Shown one piece after another: positions 62,285 through 64,000 of a stretch of 64,000 bases of DNA. Position 1 is the stretch's first letter; every line of letters starts with the position of its first letter. Below the pieces are notes generated by a model. The model saw only the letters and a program-made list of their open reading frames with translations, had not been told where the DNA came from and searched no databases. Source of the stretch: Euglena gracilis (lineage: Eukaryota); assembly GCA_039621445.1 (NCBI GenBank), contig CP154954.1:26238954-26302953 (forward strand), written 5' to 3'. The translations under genes and the position numbers were made by a program.

Positions 62285-64000
62285 GCTCTGCTTCTGCCCC
62301 CACCCCAACCGGAACGCCGTCCGCCACACCGTCCGCGACGCCAACCGGCACACCCTCCGCCACGCCGTCCGGCACCCCCACCACCACCCCATCCGCCACC
62401 CCAACCGCCACTCCAACCGCCACCCCTTCCGGCACGCCCACCACCACCCCATCCGCCACGCCCACCGGCACGCCTTCCGCCACGCCGTCCGCCACGCCCA
62501 CCGCCACACCGTCCGTAACGCCCTCCGGCACACCAACAACGACGCCCTCGGCCACTCCGACAGGCACGCCCTCCGCGACGCCGTCTGGCACCCCCACCAG
62601 CACACCGTCGGCGACGCCCACCGGCACACCGTCTGCCACGCCGAGTGGGACCCCAACTGCCACCCCTTCAGCTGCCCAGGACGGAGCCCTATTGCTGTGT
62701 CGTATCCTCCCCCGCTCGGCGGATTGATATCCGCAAATTTCCCACAATTTCTGCAATTTTCCGCAATTTGCGCGATTTTCCGCAATTTCCCCGCAATTTC
62801 CACAAATTTTCTGCAATTTCCCCGCATTTTCCCCCCTTTCTGCAGTTTTCTTTGCATGAACCTGAAATGCAAAGGTAAAATGAGTTCTGGCCACTTCTTG
62901 AGCGTTTCATAAGGGCATCCAGGTGCTTTTTTTGCTTACCTCCCTCAAATAATACCCCCCCGGGTATTATTTTTTTTTTCGCCCGAAGTCCCGGCCCGAG
63001 GGGGGGGGTATTATTTGGGGGGTAATGGCACCCCAAAATTTTCCAAATCTTTGAAGCCCCGCAGGACCCAAAATAGTATCCAAAACCCCCTTTGGGGTCT
63101 TTTTTTTTCTTCTTCTTTTTCATGAAATTTGGCATTTTTGGCGGCCAGACGATCCATAAAAAATATTTTTTTTCGTAATTTGTTGTCAGAGATTGTGATT
63201 CTTGGGTCGTTGGCCCGAAATTGGGGGGGGGGGTATTAATTCGGTCCCCGAAATCGGACCCCGAGGGGGGGGGCTGGGGGGGTGCTATTGGGGGGAGTGT
63301 TTATTTTGTTGCATGCTTGCCAAAATTTGCCAAATTTTGCAAATTTTGAACAAATTTTGGCAAATTTTTGGCCTGTTTGTAGTGTTTTCCCCGAGTTCTG
63401 CTGGGAAATAATTTCGGACTGAGAAAATTTTAAATCCTGACCATATTCAACCTGATAACAAAGTTCTTGTCATTTTTTTTTGCCATTTTTGGATGCTTCA
63501 TCCAAGGAATTCCATATTTCCAGAATCAGCATGTTCCCAAAATTACAAAAATTCCTTTTCTTGGACCTTTTTGTTGGAAAGAATGTGAATAACGGCTCAA
63601 AATTTACATCTATGTTGCAAAATGGCCAAATTTGTGCAATTTTTTTGAAGTCCCTTCCAGAGGAAGTGTGCCAACCCCCAAACCTGCAACTCCCGCAGTT
63701 TTTCCACAATTTTCCCACAGTTCTTCCAAAGACCTTTCATATCAATTCCCTCCCTGCTCCCTGCCAATTCCTCCGTTGGGGAAATCACTCAACTTATTTC
63801 CCTTGGTTTTAAACCTGCTTTTTTCCCTTTGGGCAGATGGCAAGTTGAATAATCATTTTGGTTGTTTGGTGGGCCGACCAGTCAGGCTTTGGGAAACCCC
63901 CAAACATAAGCGGCACCCTTAAACTACCCTCCTCCCCCCTCTATGTCCAACAACCCCCCAATGTCGAACGCCCCCCCCCCCCCCCCGGTTGAAGGACACT
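62285..64000. repeat. Recent duplicate of about 54371-56070 (exon plus start of intron)
   Basis: Near identity at an offset of about 7.9 kb through the exon and at least 1.3 kb of the following intron. Confidence 0.9.
62302..62673 (+). CDS. Mucin-like protein exon 17 (near-copy of exon 16; gene continues beyond the window)
   Basis: GCTCTGCTTCTGccccc|A; 372 nt, almost identical to exon 16; same donor sequence. Confidence 0.8.

Noticed and set aside
30011-62894. Minus-strand Val/Ala/Gly-rich ORFs (VGVAEG, articulin- or elastin-like)
   Set aside because: Antisense shadows of the T/P/S/A exons. The signal peptide and frame-preserving junctions support the + strand.

Overview
Eukaryotic, repeat-rich DNA with the hallmarks of a euglenid (Euglena-like) nuclear genome. 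It has GTGTG-type GT-AG introns alongside many nonconventional introns that lack GT-AG and show Y|RnnCAG...CTGnnnnY|R ends that base-pair. Two + strand genes can be reconstructed by hand. (1) An RRM plus Arg/Ser-rich protein gene (~284-23207) whose RRM is split by a 17.2-kb intron. (2) A secreted, signal-peptide-bearing Thr/Ser/Pro/Ala-rich mucin-like gene (ATG 27434, at least 17 exons, about 1360 aa, running off the window) in which 15 of 16 complete introns are nonconventional. The introns are packed with MITEs, several with CAG...CTG termini and perfect 8-bp target duplications (hAT-like). Main observation: the 3-nt + 5-nt offsets of the nonconventional splice sites around CAG/CTG add up to exactly one 8-bp TSD, so these MITEs have the geometry of precisely spliceable introns. 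One copy (52227-52633) matches the full intron consensus. Also present: a three-layer nested insertion, a 35-bp minisatellite, a 295-bp palindrome in (TA)n, and recent exon-intron duplications. All gene models are manual inferences without transcript support.
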